A DNA stretch of 64,000 nt from assembly GCA_944389085.1 (NCBI GenBank), contig CALXLB010000006.1, positions 2,953 to 66,952 on the forward strand, written 5' to 3'. Both the position numbers and the translations under genes were made by a program. This DNA is from an uncultured Spirochaetaceae bacterium (GTDB lineage: Bacteria > Spirochaetota > Spirochaetia > Sphaerochaetales > Sphaerochaetaceae). The notes beneath the pieces were generated by a model. That model worked only from the letters and a program-made list of their open reading frames with translations, was not told the origin of the DNA and searched no databases. Shown here in pieces: positions 10,090 to 19,508 of the stretch (the first letter of the stretch is position 1; each line of letters begins with the position of its first letter).

Positions 10090-11295
10090 ATGGAATCCCT
10101 GAAAGAGCTATATCGTATCGGATATGGTCCATCTTCATCTCATACGATGGGCCCCCGCTATGCTGCCGAGATGTTCATATCTTCAAATCCTGGTATAAGG
10201 AAAGTAAGGGCTGGTCTGTATGGTTCTCTTGCTGCAACAGGTAAGGGACATTTGACAGATAAAGCTATCCGCAGCGTGTTTTCTTCACATGGGATTGAGG
10301 CAGAAATACTCTGGTTTCCCGATGAGACAAAGCCATTTCATCCTAATGCCCTGACATTCACTTCGATAGATCCTGAAGGAATCAGTGAGACATATTACTC
10401 TGTAGGAGGCGGGAAAATCGTCAAAGAGGGAGAATCCGAGAGGAAGGGTGAGGATGTCTATCCGGATTCAAGTGTCGGAACGATGGCCAGGCTTCTTGAG
10501 TACTGTGATGATAACGGATACCAGATCTGGGAAACGGCAATAGAATTTGAAGGAGAGGAAATCCTTGACTATATGTCGGATGTCTGGAGTGTGATGAAAG
10601 CTTCGATAAAAAGAGGGCTTGAAGCAGAAGGTGTTCTTCCTGGTGGCCTGCATCTGCAGCGTAAAGCATGTCAGGCATATGCCAAATCGAAGGATTTCAC
10701 AGGTTCTCTTGGAAATGCGGCACATGCTTTTGCCTATGCTTTGGCTGTCTCGGAGGAGAATGCCGGAGGAGGTGAGATTGTCACAGCTCCTACCTGTGGA
10801 AGCTGCGGAGTTCTGCCTGGTGTGCTTTTTCACTTGATGCGTGAGTACGATCTGCCTGAAATCAGAGTATTGAGAGCACTTCTGACAGCTGGCCTTGTGG
10901 GGAACATTGTAAAGACGAACGGTTCGATATCGGGGGCTGAAGTCGGATGCCAGGGAGAAGTCGGGGTTGCCTGTGCAATGGCAGGCGCAGCGGCTGCACA
11001 GCTGACAGGCGGTACGATCAGGCAGATTGAATATGCCGCAGAAATGGGACTGGAGCATCATCTGGGGCTGACTTGTGATCCTTTGATGGGACTGGTGCAG
11101 ATTCCGTGCATAGAACGTAATGCCATGGCTTGTATGAGAGCTATTGACCATGCGACTTATGCGATAATGGGTGATGGAAGGCATAAGATTTCCTTTGATG
11201 ACGTTGTTGAGGTCATGATGGAGACAGGCTATGCTCTTCCATCGCTTTACAGAGAGACATCAATGGGAGGGTTGGCTCGCATCCACGAACTCTGA
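10090..11295 (+). CDS. sdaA: L-serine dehydratase, iron-sulfur dependent, single chain
   Basis: N-terminal GYGPSSSHTMGP. Alpha-domain Cys motifs APTCGSCGVLPG and GAEVGCQGEVGVA. Confidence 0.9.
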   Translation: MESLKELYRIGYGPSSSHTMGPRYAAEMFISSNPGIRKVRAGLYGSLAATGKGHLTDKAIRSVFSSHGIEAEILWFPDETKPFHPNALTFTSIDPEGISETYYSVGGGKIVKEGESERKGEDVYPDSSVGTMARLLEYCDDNGYQIWETAIEFEGEEILDYMSDVWSVMKASIKRGLEAEGVLPGGLHLQRKACQAYAKSKDFTGSLGNAAHAFAYALAVSEENAGGGEIVTAPTCGSCGVLPGVLFHLMREYDLPEIRVLRALLTAGLVGNIVKTNGSISGAEVGCQGEVGVACAMAGAAAAQLTGGTIRQIEYAAEMGLEHHLGLTCDPLMGLVQIPCIERNAMACMRAIDHATYAIMGDGRHKISFDDVVEVMMETGYALPSLYRETSMGGLARIHEL

Positions 11296-11543
11296 GATGG
11301 AAGTTCATGGCCATGTGTGATAGCGAGTATTACGGCTTTCTTCTCTGTTATTCTGGTCAGAACTCTGTAATCTCCGATTCTGTATTGCCATCTTTTCGTC
11401 CCGCCCAGCGATGTTCCTATATCCTTTGGATCTTTAAGGGGTATGACATGACGCTTCAGCCATCCGGTAATGAGAGAGGGTGTGATGCTGTCCATCATCT
11501 CGAGCTCTTTTTTTGCTCTTATGGATAATTCAAGTCTGGCCAT
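11247..11543 (-). CDS. RelE/ParE-family type II toxin
   Basis: 98 aa with a YRIGDYRVL....AVILAITHGHE core. It lies 1 nt downstream of a ribbon-helix-helix antitoxin ORF. Confidence 0.7.
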   Translation of the reverse strand: MARLELSIRAKKELEMMDSITPSLITGWLKRHVIPLKDPKDIGTSLGGTKRWQYRIGDYRVLTRITEKKAVILAITHGHELPSQSSWMRANPPIDVSL

Positions 11544-11544
11544 A

Positions 11545-11742
11545 TCAATCCCCCAGCAAAACAGTTTCGGGATTCTCTCTGAATTCTTCCAGGGCTTTTT
11601 TATATGTCTCTAGATCGAAATCCTCTTCGATGCGTGCGAGTACAGTACGCCTTATCATCTCTGAGAGATTCATATTATTCAGTTCTGCATACTTCCTGAA
11701 GAGGAGCGCATCTTCATCAGGAAGTCTTAAGGAAATAATCAT
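11545..11742 (-). CDS. Ribbon-helix-helix antitoxin (RelB/DUF6290-like)
   Basis: An internal ATG at 11742-11740 is preceded by CAGGAGG. The product MIISLRLPDEDALLFRKYAELNNMNLSEMIRRTVLARIEED... is typical of RHH antitoxins. The longer 134-aa track ORF overlaps the kinase gene. Confidence 0.6.
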   Translation of the reverse strand: MIISLRLPDEDALLFRKYAELNNMNLSEMIRRTVLARIEEDFDLETYKKALEEFRENPETVLLGD

Positions 11743-11794
11743 ATTGCCTCCTGTTTTACATCGTAATACAAGATTAGATGAAGAACAAGAAAAA

Positions 11795-12667
11795 CTATAC
11801 GAACATCGCAGCGTTGTAGAGAGGGATTGCACCCTTGCTGGATACGACAAAGTCAGCGACCGCTGTAGCTTTCTCCAGAGCTTCTTTGTTCGGAAGGCAC
11901 TTTTCATATCTAAAAAAGAGATACGCTGCAGATAGACTATCGCCAGCACCTACAGTATCTACAACCTTTACGTTTGAGCATCCTGCATGTATCATGCCTT
12001 CATCTTTGACGAAGAGGTCTGAGCCATGTTTGCCGCGTGTGAGCAGCAATGTCTCTATCGCTGTGTTTTCAGTGAGCCATGAGAAGAGTTTTTCCCCGCT
12101 GATGTCTTCAAGTCCGACAGCTTCTCCTATAATGCCTATTTCATCTTCATTGATTTTCAGGATGGTGGCGTTGTCGAGGCAGAAAGCGAGAAGGTCATCG
12201 CTGTAGAAATCCTTTCTGATATTCACATCCACGAAGATTTCCTCCGGTGCTGTTTCACCTAATATCTTTTCGAGGGAAAGGAAGGATGTCGTGCTTCTCA
12301 GGGCAAGCGTTCCAAAGTAGAGGATGGTATGCTCTCCGATGCTGTCAAGATCGTCATCGTATACAGCTATTCTGTCCCAGGCTGCGGGATAGTTGAAGCT
12401 GTATGTGGCATCCTTGCCATGAAGTTCCACTGCAGCTATGCCTGTAGGCGTGGTGTCCAGAACATCTATCATTGAGGCATCCACGCCGAGTTTCTCAATT
12501 TCCTGGAAAGCTCTCCTTCCCAGTTCATCATTTCCGACAGCGCTTATTATCGCACTCTCTCCTCCCAGCTGCTTGAAGTGGGCAGCTGTGTTCAGGGGAG
12601 CCCCTCCGAGTGTGTAAGTGTCTTCGAACTTGTCAAAAAGAATTTCTCCGAATGTTAGCAGTTTCAT
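11795..12667 (-). CDS. PfkB-family sugar kinase, probable fructokinase
   Basis: FGEILFD...GGAPLN N-terminus and a C-terminal DTVGAGDS motif. Sits in a fructoside locus. Confidence 0.8.
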   Translation of the reverse strand: MKLLTFGEILFDKFEDTYTLGGAPLNTAAHFKQLGGESAIISAVGNDELGRRAFQEIEKLGVDASMIDVLDTTPTGIAAVELHGKDATYSFNYPAAWDRIAVYDDDLDSIGEHTILYFGTLALRSTTSFLSLEKILGETAPEEIFVDVNIRKDFYSDDLLAFCLDNATILKINEDEIGIIGEAVGLEDISGEKLFSWLTENTAIETLLLTRGKHGSDLFVKDEGMIHAGCSNVKVVDTVGAGDSLSAAYLFFRYEKCLPNKEALEKATAVADFVVSSKGAIPLYNAAMFV

Positions 12668-13704
12668 GCTTTTAGTCCTCCTGTTGAGTCTCTTATCACG
12701 AGTTCAGTTGCGGCTGTGATATAAAGTGATGGGCGGGCCGGGTTCTTTATCTTGGAGAGCAGGCAGTGCATGGTCTCTTCCCCGAGAAGTTCCTTCGGCG
12801 TCCTGATTGTCGTCAGGGAAGGGAAGTTATCAGCGGCTTCCGCGATATCATCAAAGCCTGCAATGGCTATATTCTCAGGAATCTGCAATCCTGCGGTACG
12901 CAGCGCATGTATCATCTGGATAGCAGTCCAGTCATTGCCGCAGATATAGACGTCCGGCAGGGCTGAAAAACTATTTATTATGGAAATCAGTGTTGAAAGA
13001 TTCATGAATCCATCCTGCGGGATTTCCGTCAGGGAGCATTCTTTCATCTCCTTGATTCCGCATTCTGCCAGAGCTTCGGTGAAGGCTTCATATCTGTCTG
13101 CGAAGCCCTGACTTGTATTCTCTGAATCAAGATTGCCAGCAAAAGCAAATTTTCTTCTGCCGTTTTCATACAGCTTGTGCACCAGAACCTTTATGTTCCT
13201 CTTGTTTTCCATTGTCACTATGTCCATCTCGTTCAGCAGCTCATCAGCATGCTGCGGGAAATCCACAGTTACTATAGGAATGCCAAGTGCCAGAAGCTTC
13301 CTGCACATTTCCGTATTGCAGACTTCTACAAGGATTATGCCTTTAATATCACTTTGATAAAGGATTGAAGGTATTTTGCCTTCTGTGATTTCCTCATCGG
13401 TCACAATACTCATTGCGAGGGTGAGGCCTGTTCCATGTATCGCGCTTTTTATGCCTTCCATCACATTAAGCCAGAATCCTGTCTGAGCTGTCGATTTTGT
13501 CAGCAGTATTATGGAACCAGACTGCTTCGACTCTTCATTGAGGTCATCGGCAGAAAGAAACTGCCTGTATTTCATTTCCACTGCAGTTTCGATTATTTTC
13601 TTTCTTGTCTCTTCCGAGACGCCAGGTTTTCCATTAAGTGCTTTCGAGACTGTGTTGCGTGATAATCCTAAATATGCGGCAATGTCATTTATAGAGCAGT
13701 TCAA
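12664..13704 (-). CDS. LacI-family transcriptional regulator
   Basis: HTH INDIAAYLGLSRNTVSKALNG plus a periplasmic-binding-like domain. I prefer the TTG at 13704-13702 (AAGGAG lies 8 nt upstream) over the track TTG at 13746. Confidence 0.8.
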   Translation of the reverse strand: MNCSINDIAAYLGLSRNTVSKALNGKPGVSEETRKKIIETAVEMKYRQFLSADDLNEESKQSGSIILLTKSTAQTGFWLNVMEGIKSAIHGTGLTLAMSIVTDEEITEGKIPSILYQSDIKGIILVEVCNTEMCRKLLALGIPIVTVDFPQHADELLNEMDIVTMENKRNIKVLVHKLYENGRRKFAFAGNLDSENTSQGFADRYEAFTEALAECGIKEMKECSLTEIPQDGFMNLSTLISIINSFSALPDVYICGNDWTAIQMIHALRTAGLQIPENIAIAGFDDIAEAADNFPSLTTIRTPKELLGEETMHCLLSKIKNPARPSLYITAATELVIRDSTGGLKA

Positions 13705-13760
13705 TGCATCGTCTCCTTTTTTACGATTGTATTTGCACGCAAGCAAACTTGCAAGTGTTT

Positions 13761-13776
13761 GTGTGCATTTGCATAT
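13761..13776. promoter_or_regulatory. Candidate LacI-type operator 1 (GTGTGCATTTGCATAT)
   Basis: Near-palindrome. Its reverse complement matches operator 2 at 14 of 16 positions. A perfect 10-bp palindrome ACTTGCAAGT lies at 13747-13756. Confidence 0.4.
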
Positions 13777-13832
13777 TAATTTTAATTATTTGCACCTAAA
13801 TGGGGGTGATTAAAAGTTTTTAAAAGATTTTG

Positions 13833-13861
13833 TTGACAGGTGTAAATAGTGGATTTACTCT
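13833..13861 (+). promoter_or_regulatory. Candidate sigma70-type promoter for the GH32/ABC operon
   Basis: TTGACA at 13833-13838, a 17-nt spacer, then TACTCT at 13856-13861. Confidence 0.35.
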
Positions 13862-13877
13862 GAGTGTGCATTTGGAA

Positions 13878-13893
13878 GTGTGCAAATGCACAC
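13878..13893. promoter_or_regulatory. Candidate LacI-type operator 2 (GTGTGCAAATGCACAC)
   Basis: Inverted repeat GTGTGCA-N2-TGCACAC between the putative -10 element and the RBS (AAGGAGG at 13894-13900). Confidence 0.45.
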
Positions 13894-13904
13894 AAGGAGG
13901 CAAC

Positions 13905-15353
13905 ATGGGGCTTTCTTATAAACCCGAAAAAGCATATGTAGGTGATGTCATTCCATATTATGAGAATGGAAGATACTATGCTTATTACCTGCATGATCCG
14001 AGAAGCGGGAAAGCTGGAATATATGCAGAGGATACAACATGGTACCTCGCTGAAACTGAAGACGGTCTGAATTTCTGCAGCAAAGGATGCATACTGCCGA
14101 CAGGAGATCAAACGACTCCTTATCTGAATAATTACACAGGTTCTGTAATCAAGCATACAGATGGAAGATATTATGCTTTTTTTACCGCATTCAATGATCT
14201 CAATGATGAATATCGTGTGAATGGCAAATCTGTGCAGTCTGTTATGATGGCTTCTGGAGATTCTCCTGACAGGATGGAGATAAGAAAAGATTTCAGGATG
14301 CTCTCAGATGACAGGATTTATGAAGTCTATGACTGGAGGGACCCGTTCGTTTTCTATAATGAAGAAGAGAAGTGCTACTGGATGCTTCTGTGCACGAGAA
14401 GAAAAGGTTCCGGATACCATCGTGGCGGCTGTATAGGTCTTTGCAAGTCCAAGGATCTTCTTTCATGGGAGTATGCTGAACCGTTCTATGAGCCAGGGAT
14501 GTATATAACCATGGAATGTCCTGAAGTTTTCAGAATGAAAGGAAGATGGTATCTTGTCTTCTCGACTTTTTCCGACAGATTCCTGACGCATTACAGATAT
14601 TCCGATTCTCTTTCAGGTCCATGGATGATTCCATATGAGGACTCTCTCGATTGCCGCTCTGATTATGCCATAAAAACAGCGGGGACGGAGGATGAGAGGA
14701 TTGCATTCGGCTGGATATCCACAAAGCTGGGGCAGTGTGATGAAGGTCCTTGGGAATGGGGTGGAACAATGATCTGCCATCGGCTTACAGCAGATGAGCA
14801 GACAGGTTTGCTTCGTCTTTCAGCCCTTGATGCTGTTGATAATCATTTTATGCAGGGAACACAGCCTGATATGAAAGCTGTCAATGCCTCGTTCGATGGC
14901 AATGGGCTTTCATCCGATGGCTTGGGTGCTATGCTTCATGAAATCAGGGAAAAGGAATTCATGATAGAGGCTGAGCTCGATTCATCATGCCGGGAATTCG
15001 GTTTTTTCCTTGGTACGGATTCTCAGCTTGAGAATGGTTATCAGATAAGGGTGGCAAATGGCATGCTTTCCCTTGACAGATGGCCAAGAAAAGAACAGGG
15101 GCTTTATCAGTGGCAGATTGATGGAGATATTCCATTTGCAATTGAGACGGTAAGGTATCTCGATCCATCCCTGAAACATTTCCATATAAAAGTTATTCGC
15201 TCTGATGATGTCCTGATTGTGTATCTGAATGACTCAATTGTCATGTCAACACGGATTTACGGACATGAATATGGGCTTGCAGGCCCTTATGTGGTCTGCG
15301 GATCCATAGATATAGCAAGGTATAGCCTGAGACTCCCTGAAGGGGACAGGTAA
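13905..15353 (+). CDS. GH32-clan glycoside hydrolase with a non-canonical nucleophile motif
   Basis: ATG 13905 follows AAGGAGG. RDP motif (DWRDPFVF) and EC motif (MECPEVF) are present. The position of WMNDPNG reads YVGDVIP. Confidence 0.7.
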   Translation: MGLSYKPEKAYVGDVIPYYENGRYYAYYLHDPRSGKAGIYAEDTTWYLAETEDGLNFCSKGCILPTGDQTTPYLNNYTGSVIKHTDGRYYAFFTAFNDLNDEYRVNGKSVQSVMMASGDSPDRMEIRKDFRMLSDDRIYEVYDWRDPFVFYNEEEKCYWMLLCTRRKGSGYHRGGCIGLCKSKDLLSWEYAEPFYEPGMYITMECPEVFRMKGRWYLVFSTFSDRFLTHYRYSDSLSGPWMIPYEDSLDCRSDYAIKTAGTEDERIAFGWISTKLGQCDEGPWEWGGTMICHRLTADEQTGLLRLSALDAVDNHFMQGTQPDMKAVNASFDGNGLSSDGLGAMLHEIREKEFMIEAELDSSCREFGFFLGTDSQLENGYQIRVANGMLSLDRWPRKEQGLYQWQIDGDIPFAIETVRYLDPSLKHFHIKVIRSDDVLIVYLNDSIVMSTRIYGHEYGLAGPYVVCGSIDIARYSLRLPEGDR

Positions 15354-15365
15354 AGGAGGAAAAAT

Positions 15366-16637
15366 ATGAAGAAGGCATTACTATTCGCTACTGTCTTGCT
15401 TACTGCTGTTTCCATGATTTTCGCTAGTGGAAGTTCAGAAAAGGATGATGTAACGACAGTCACATGGTTTGCTTCGAGACCTCTTGGTGGTGAGATTGAT
15501 ACCACAATGAGGGAAATTGCAGCACAGTATAGTGCAGAACACGATGGAAAGTGGGTGCTTGAGGTTGAGACCACAGCTGATAGACCTTCTTATCTTCAGC
15601 GTCTGAAGACACTCATCGCAGGCGGTAACATGCCTGATATCATCGATATCGATGCAGATCCATACTGCCAGGAGCTTGTTGATGCGGGAATGCTTGTCGA
15701 TGTGAAGCAGTTCCTCGTTGATAATGACCGCTATGATGATTTCCAGGAAGTCGCACTCCGCTATCAGGAATTCGAAGATGGCTCAATGTATACACTTCCT
15801 CTTGAGTATCATATCGAGATGATCTGGTATAACAAGGCTATCTTTGAACAGTATGGCCTGGAAGTTCCACAGACAATGGATGAATGGCTTGAAGTCTGCA
15901 GAGTGCTTGATGAGAACGGAATCACTCCTATTGCTGTTGATGGTGTGGACAGGTGGCCTGTTCTCCGCTATATGGCAATGATTCCATTCAGATATACAGG
16001 TAACCAGTATATTCTTGATCTCCGCTCCGGCAAGGCATCCATGGGTGATGATCTGGGAAGGCAGGCTATTGAGTTTGTCCAGGAAATCGGACAGTACTTC
16101 AATGATGGCTTTGCTGCTACTGATTATGCTACAGCTCAGAGCATGTTCCTCGATGGAAAGGCTGCAATGTACTATATCGGAGACTGGGAGCAGAGAGCTA
16201 TGCTCGAAGGTTATGAGAATGGAACTATTGATTACTTCCTCATGCCTATGACTCCGGATGCAAACACCGGTGCTAATGAGTATTGTGCAAACAGCGGTAT
16301 CGGACTGGCTTTCAATGCAGAGACATTCGATGAGAAGACAAAGGATTTCATCCTCTATGTCATCGATAACTATGGAAAGATCTATGCTTCCAAGCAGCAG
16401 ATGACTCCTATCAAGACTGAACTTCCTGAGGATGTTGAGTTCTCCGATCTGTATAAGAGAATCGCAGCAGATATGGATGCGTTCGGAACGAACTTCATGA
16501 AGCCATGGGATACATATCTCGATCCATCAACCAATACAATCATCCAGGACAATATTCTTCTTCTTGCTTCTGGTGATATGGATGCAGAGACATTCATCAA
16601 TCTTATTGATAGTTCTATTCAGGATTATGTGAACTGA
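15366..16637 (+). CDS. Carbohydrate ABC transporter substrate-binding protein
   Basis: 423 aa with a signal peptide and family-1 SBP features. Followed by two permease genes. Confidence 0.85.
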   Translation: MKKALLFATVLLTAVSMIFASGSSEKDDVTTVTWFASRPLGGEIDTTMREIAAQYSAEHDGKWVLEVETTADRPSYLQRLKTLIAGGNMPDIIDIDADPYCQELVDAGMLVDVKQFLVDNDRYDDFQEVALRYQEFEDGSMYTLPLEYHIEMIWYNKAIFEQYGLEVPQTMDEWLEVCRVLDENGITPIAVDGVDRWPVLRYMAMIPFRYTGNQYILDLRSGKASMGDDLGRQAIEFVQEIGQYFNDGFAATDYATAQSMFLDGKAAMYYIGDWEQRAMLEGYENGTIDYFLMPMTPDANTGANEYCANSGIGLAFNAETFDEKTKDFILYVIDNYGKIYASKQQMTPIKTELPEDVEFSDLYKRIAADMDAFGTNFMKPWDTYLDPSTNTIIQDNILLLASGDMDAETFINLIDSSIQDYVN

Positions 16638-16651
16638 AAAACAGATTTCTT

Positions 16652-16673
16652 CCCGGAGCTCGATGGCTCCGGG
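16652..16673 (+). promoter_or_regulatory. Intercistronic stem-loop after the SBP gene
   Basis: Perfect 8-bp stem CCCGGAGC / GCTCCGGG with a 6-nt loop and no U-tract. Confidence 0.5.
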
Positions 16674-16696
16674 TAATGAAGAAGGAGGAGGTAGAA

Positions 16697-17575
16697 ATGA
16701 ACGGCATTCTGAAAGATAAAAAGGCGTATCTTGTATTCCTTGTTCCCGGTATTGCGTTTTATCTGTTCGCGGTCTTTTATCCTATTATTGATTCTGTCCG
16801 TCTGAGTTTTGTCGAGTGGGGAGGTATTGGACCGGAAAAGTTCGTTGGTCTGGAAAACTTTGCAAGAATGTTCAAAGACCATGTGTTCTATGAGTCCTTC
16901 TTCAATAACATAATATATCTTGTGATAGTTGTGGCAATGCAGCTCCTGATAGGGCTTTTGTTTGCTGTCCTTCTGACTTATATGAATAAGCATGTCTCAC
17001 TTGTTAAGACGCTTTATTATGTTCCTTGCATCATTACAACAGTTGCTATCGGACAGATGTTCAGAAGCATGTACGCAACAGAACCGATGGGCCTATTTAA
17101 CATCATCCTCGATGCTGTTGGCCTGGATAATCTTGTAAGAAGCTGGCTTGCTGATATCAATACAGTCCTTCCCGCTGTATCTTTCCCGGAAGGCTGGAGA
17201 TTCACAGGTATGTACATGGTTATCTATTACGCTGCTCTGATTTCCATCGATCCTGAAGTCAGTGAAGCAGCTGAGATAGACGGTGCCAATGCCTGGCAGA
17301 CGCTCTGGCGTGTGAAGATTCCGATGATCAAGCCTGTCATCGTGCTTTCGCTGACTATGTGTATTACAGGAGCTCTCAGAGGTTTTGATATACCTTATCT
17401 TCTGACAAATGGAGGGCCTGGCAATTCAAGCGAGCTGATGAGTACCTATATGTACAAGCAGGCATTCGCAAGCAATAAATTCGGTTACGGCAGTGCTATC
17501 GCCGTTTTCATCATCGTCGAGAGTATTCTGGCAGTTGTAATACTGCGCTTTGTCTCTGGAAGGAAGAAGGACTGA
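16697..17575 (+). CDS. Carbohydrate ABC transporter permease (MalF-like)
   Basis: ATG 16697 follows GGAGGAGG. Six TM segments and an EAA-loop (EAAEIDGANAWQTLWRVKIP). Confidence 0.85.
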   Translation: MNGILKDKKAYLVFLVPGIAFYLFAVFYPIIDSVRLSFVEWGGIGPEKFVGLENFARMFKDHVFYESFFNNIIYLVIVVAMQLLIGLLFAVLLTYMNKHVSLVKTLYYVPCIITTVAIGQMFRSMYATEPMGLFNIILDAVGLDNLVRSWLADINTVLPAVSFPEGWRFTGMYMVIYYAALISIDPEVSEAAEIDGANAWQTLWRVKIPMIKPVIVLSLTMCITGALRGFDIPYLLTNGGPGNSSELMSTYMYKQAFASNKFGYGSAIAVFIIVESILAVVILRFVSGRKKD

Positions 17576-17577
17576 TT

Positions 17578-18426
17578 ATGGAAAACAAACAATATGCAGC
17601 AATCAAGAAAATACGTAAGGTTGTCTTTGCGTTGGTGATTATCACTTTTCTTATCATCCAGCTTTATCCGATAGTCTGGGTTTTCATGGCAAGCATCAAG
17701 CCGACTACAGAGCTTTCAGCGCGTCCGTTTGCCCTTCCGGAAGCTCCTACATTTGAGAACTACAGGAATATCTTTGCCAAAGGCGATATCTTCCTGTATC
17801 TCTGGAACAGTGTGAAGGTTACTTTCTTCTCGTTGATACTTATTATGGCTTTCAGTTCGACGATGGGGTATGCGCTTTCCAAGTTCCGCTTCAGGATCAA
17901 TAAGAAGCTTTATTCTTTCCTCACACTGGGGATTATGATTCCTGTGCAGATCACGTTGATTCCTCTCTTCATCTTCTACAGCAAGATGGATATTCTCAAC
18001 ACAACGTTCTCACTGGTTCTGCCTCAGGTTGGCTTTGCAATTCCGCTTTCTGTCATGCTCTTTGTCAATTTCTACCAATTCGTCCCGAATGAGCTGATTG
18101 AAGCTGCTACGATAGATGGCTGTTCGCCTTATGGTATCTTCTTCAAAATCATGATGCCGATGGCTCAGAATACATTCATTACAATTGCTTCGATGTATTC
18201 TATACTGATCTGGAATGATTTCATCTTTGCCAATACTTTCATCAGCAAGAGCTCTGCAAAGACTGTTGCTATGGGATTGAAGGATTATGTAGGTGCTTTT
18301 GGCAATGTTGACTGGGGCCTTACATTCGCAGCTATCGCTGTTTCGATTCTGCCTCCGATGATCGTATATTTCCTGCTCAACAAGCATGTTACTGCAGGAA
18401 TGGCAGCTGGAGCGACAAAAGGATGA
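17578..18426 (+). CDS. Carbohydrate ABC transporter permease (MalG-like)
   Basis: EAA-loop EAATIDGCSPYGIFFKIMMP. Confidence 0.85.
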   Translation: MENKQYAAIKKIRKVVFALVIITFLIIQLYPIVWVFMASIKPTTELSARPFALPEAPTFENYRNIFAKGDIFLYLWNSVKVTFFSLILIMAFSSTMGYALSKFRFRINKKLYSFLTLGIMIPVQITLIPLFIFYSKMDILNTTFSLVLPQVGFAIPLSVMLFVNFYQFVPNELIEAATIDGCSPYGIFFKIMMPMAQNTFITIASMYSILIWNDFIFANTFISKSSAKTVAMGLKDYVGAFGNVDWGLTFAAIAVSILPPMIVYFLLNKHVTAGMAAGATKG

Positions 18427-19508
18427 GAGATATTTTTTACAGAACGGATCTTGAGAGCAGGGCTATTACGGCAGAAAATCCAAGAGGAGAGAAAGGAAGA
18501 GGCGGTATGGCTTCTTCCGTTCTCGGGCCGGCAAGAAAGGGTTCTCCCTGTCTTAAGGATATAAAGAGCGGGGAAAACGTCACTCTTTGCTCTATAGATG
18601 GTCCTGGTATGATCAGGCATATCTGGATGACTGTTGATGACAGGACTTCTGATTCAGATCGTTTTGTTCTCCGCGATCTTGTCCTGAGGATGTATTGGGA
18701 TGATGAGAGTGACCCTTCCGTGGAAGTCCCGCTTGGAGATTTCTTCCTTCTTGGATTCGGTGAAAGCTATACGGTCACATCTTCGCTTGTTTCTGTTATT
18801 CCATCCCGTGGAATGAACAGTTATATCCAGATGCCTTTCAGGAAGAAGGCGGTTATCAAGGTTGAGAATCAGCATAGGAATCCAATTCCTGCATTATTCT
18901 TCCAGATTGATTATACGCTGGGAGATGATACGGAAGATGCCCTTTATTTCCATGCATCATGGAGAAGGGAAAAGTACACGGAAAAGGCCAGAGATTATAC
19001 CATCATCGATGACATAAGAGGGGACGGTGTGTATCTTGGAACTTTCCTCTGTCTTTCAGCGCTTGAACGTTACTGGTGGGGAGAAGGCGAGTTCAAATTC
19101 TTCATCGATGGCGATGATGAGTATCCGACAATCTGCGGAACAGGAATGGAGGATTATTTCGGAGGTTCCTGGAGTTTCGCAGGCCTTGATGAGAAAGGCA
19201 GGACATATGAGAAGACTTACTGCACTCCATATCTGGGATATCCATTCTACAGCCATCATGATTCTTATCTTTTCAATAAGTATCACAATGATGATTGTCC
19301 TCCGATGAGGGCTTTCTATAGATGGCATCTGACAGATCCTGTTTACTTTCACTCTGACCTCAGGCTTACTGTGCAGCAGATAGGTGTGTCATATGGTGGA
19401 CTTTTTGAGAGACAGGATGATCTGTCTTCTGTCGCTTATTGGTACCAGACGGAACCTCATAATCCGTTTGCACCGCTTCCATGTGTTTCTGAGAGATGGC
19501 CAAGATGA
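18423..19508 (+). CDS. DUF2961 / GH172-family protein
   Basis: 361 aa with a GTGMEDYFGG motif and a pattern rich in conserved W and Y, recalled as typical of DUF2961. ATGA overlap with the permease gene. Confidence 0.65.
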   Translation: MRDIFYRTDLESRAITAENPRGEKGRGGMASSVLGPARKGSPCLKDIKSGENVTLCSIDGPGMIRHIWMTVDDRTSDSDRFVLRDLVLRMYWDDESDPSVEVPLGDFFLLGFGESYTVTSSLVSVIPSRGMNSYIQMPFRKKAVIKVENQHRNPIPALFFQIDYTLGDDTEDALYFHASWRREKYTEKARDYTIIDDIRGDGVYLGTFLCLSALERYWWGEGEFKFFIDGDDEYPTICGTGMEDYFGGSWSFAGLDEKGRTYEKTYCTPYLGYPFYSHHDSYLFNKYHNDDCPPMRAFYRWHLTDPVYFHSDLRLTVQQIGVSYGGLFERQDDLSSVAYWYQTEPHNPFAPLPCVSERWPR

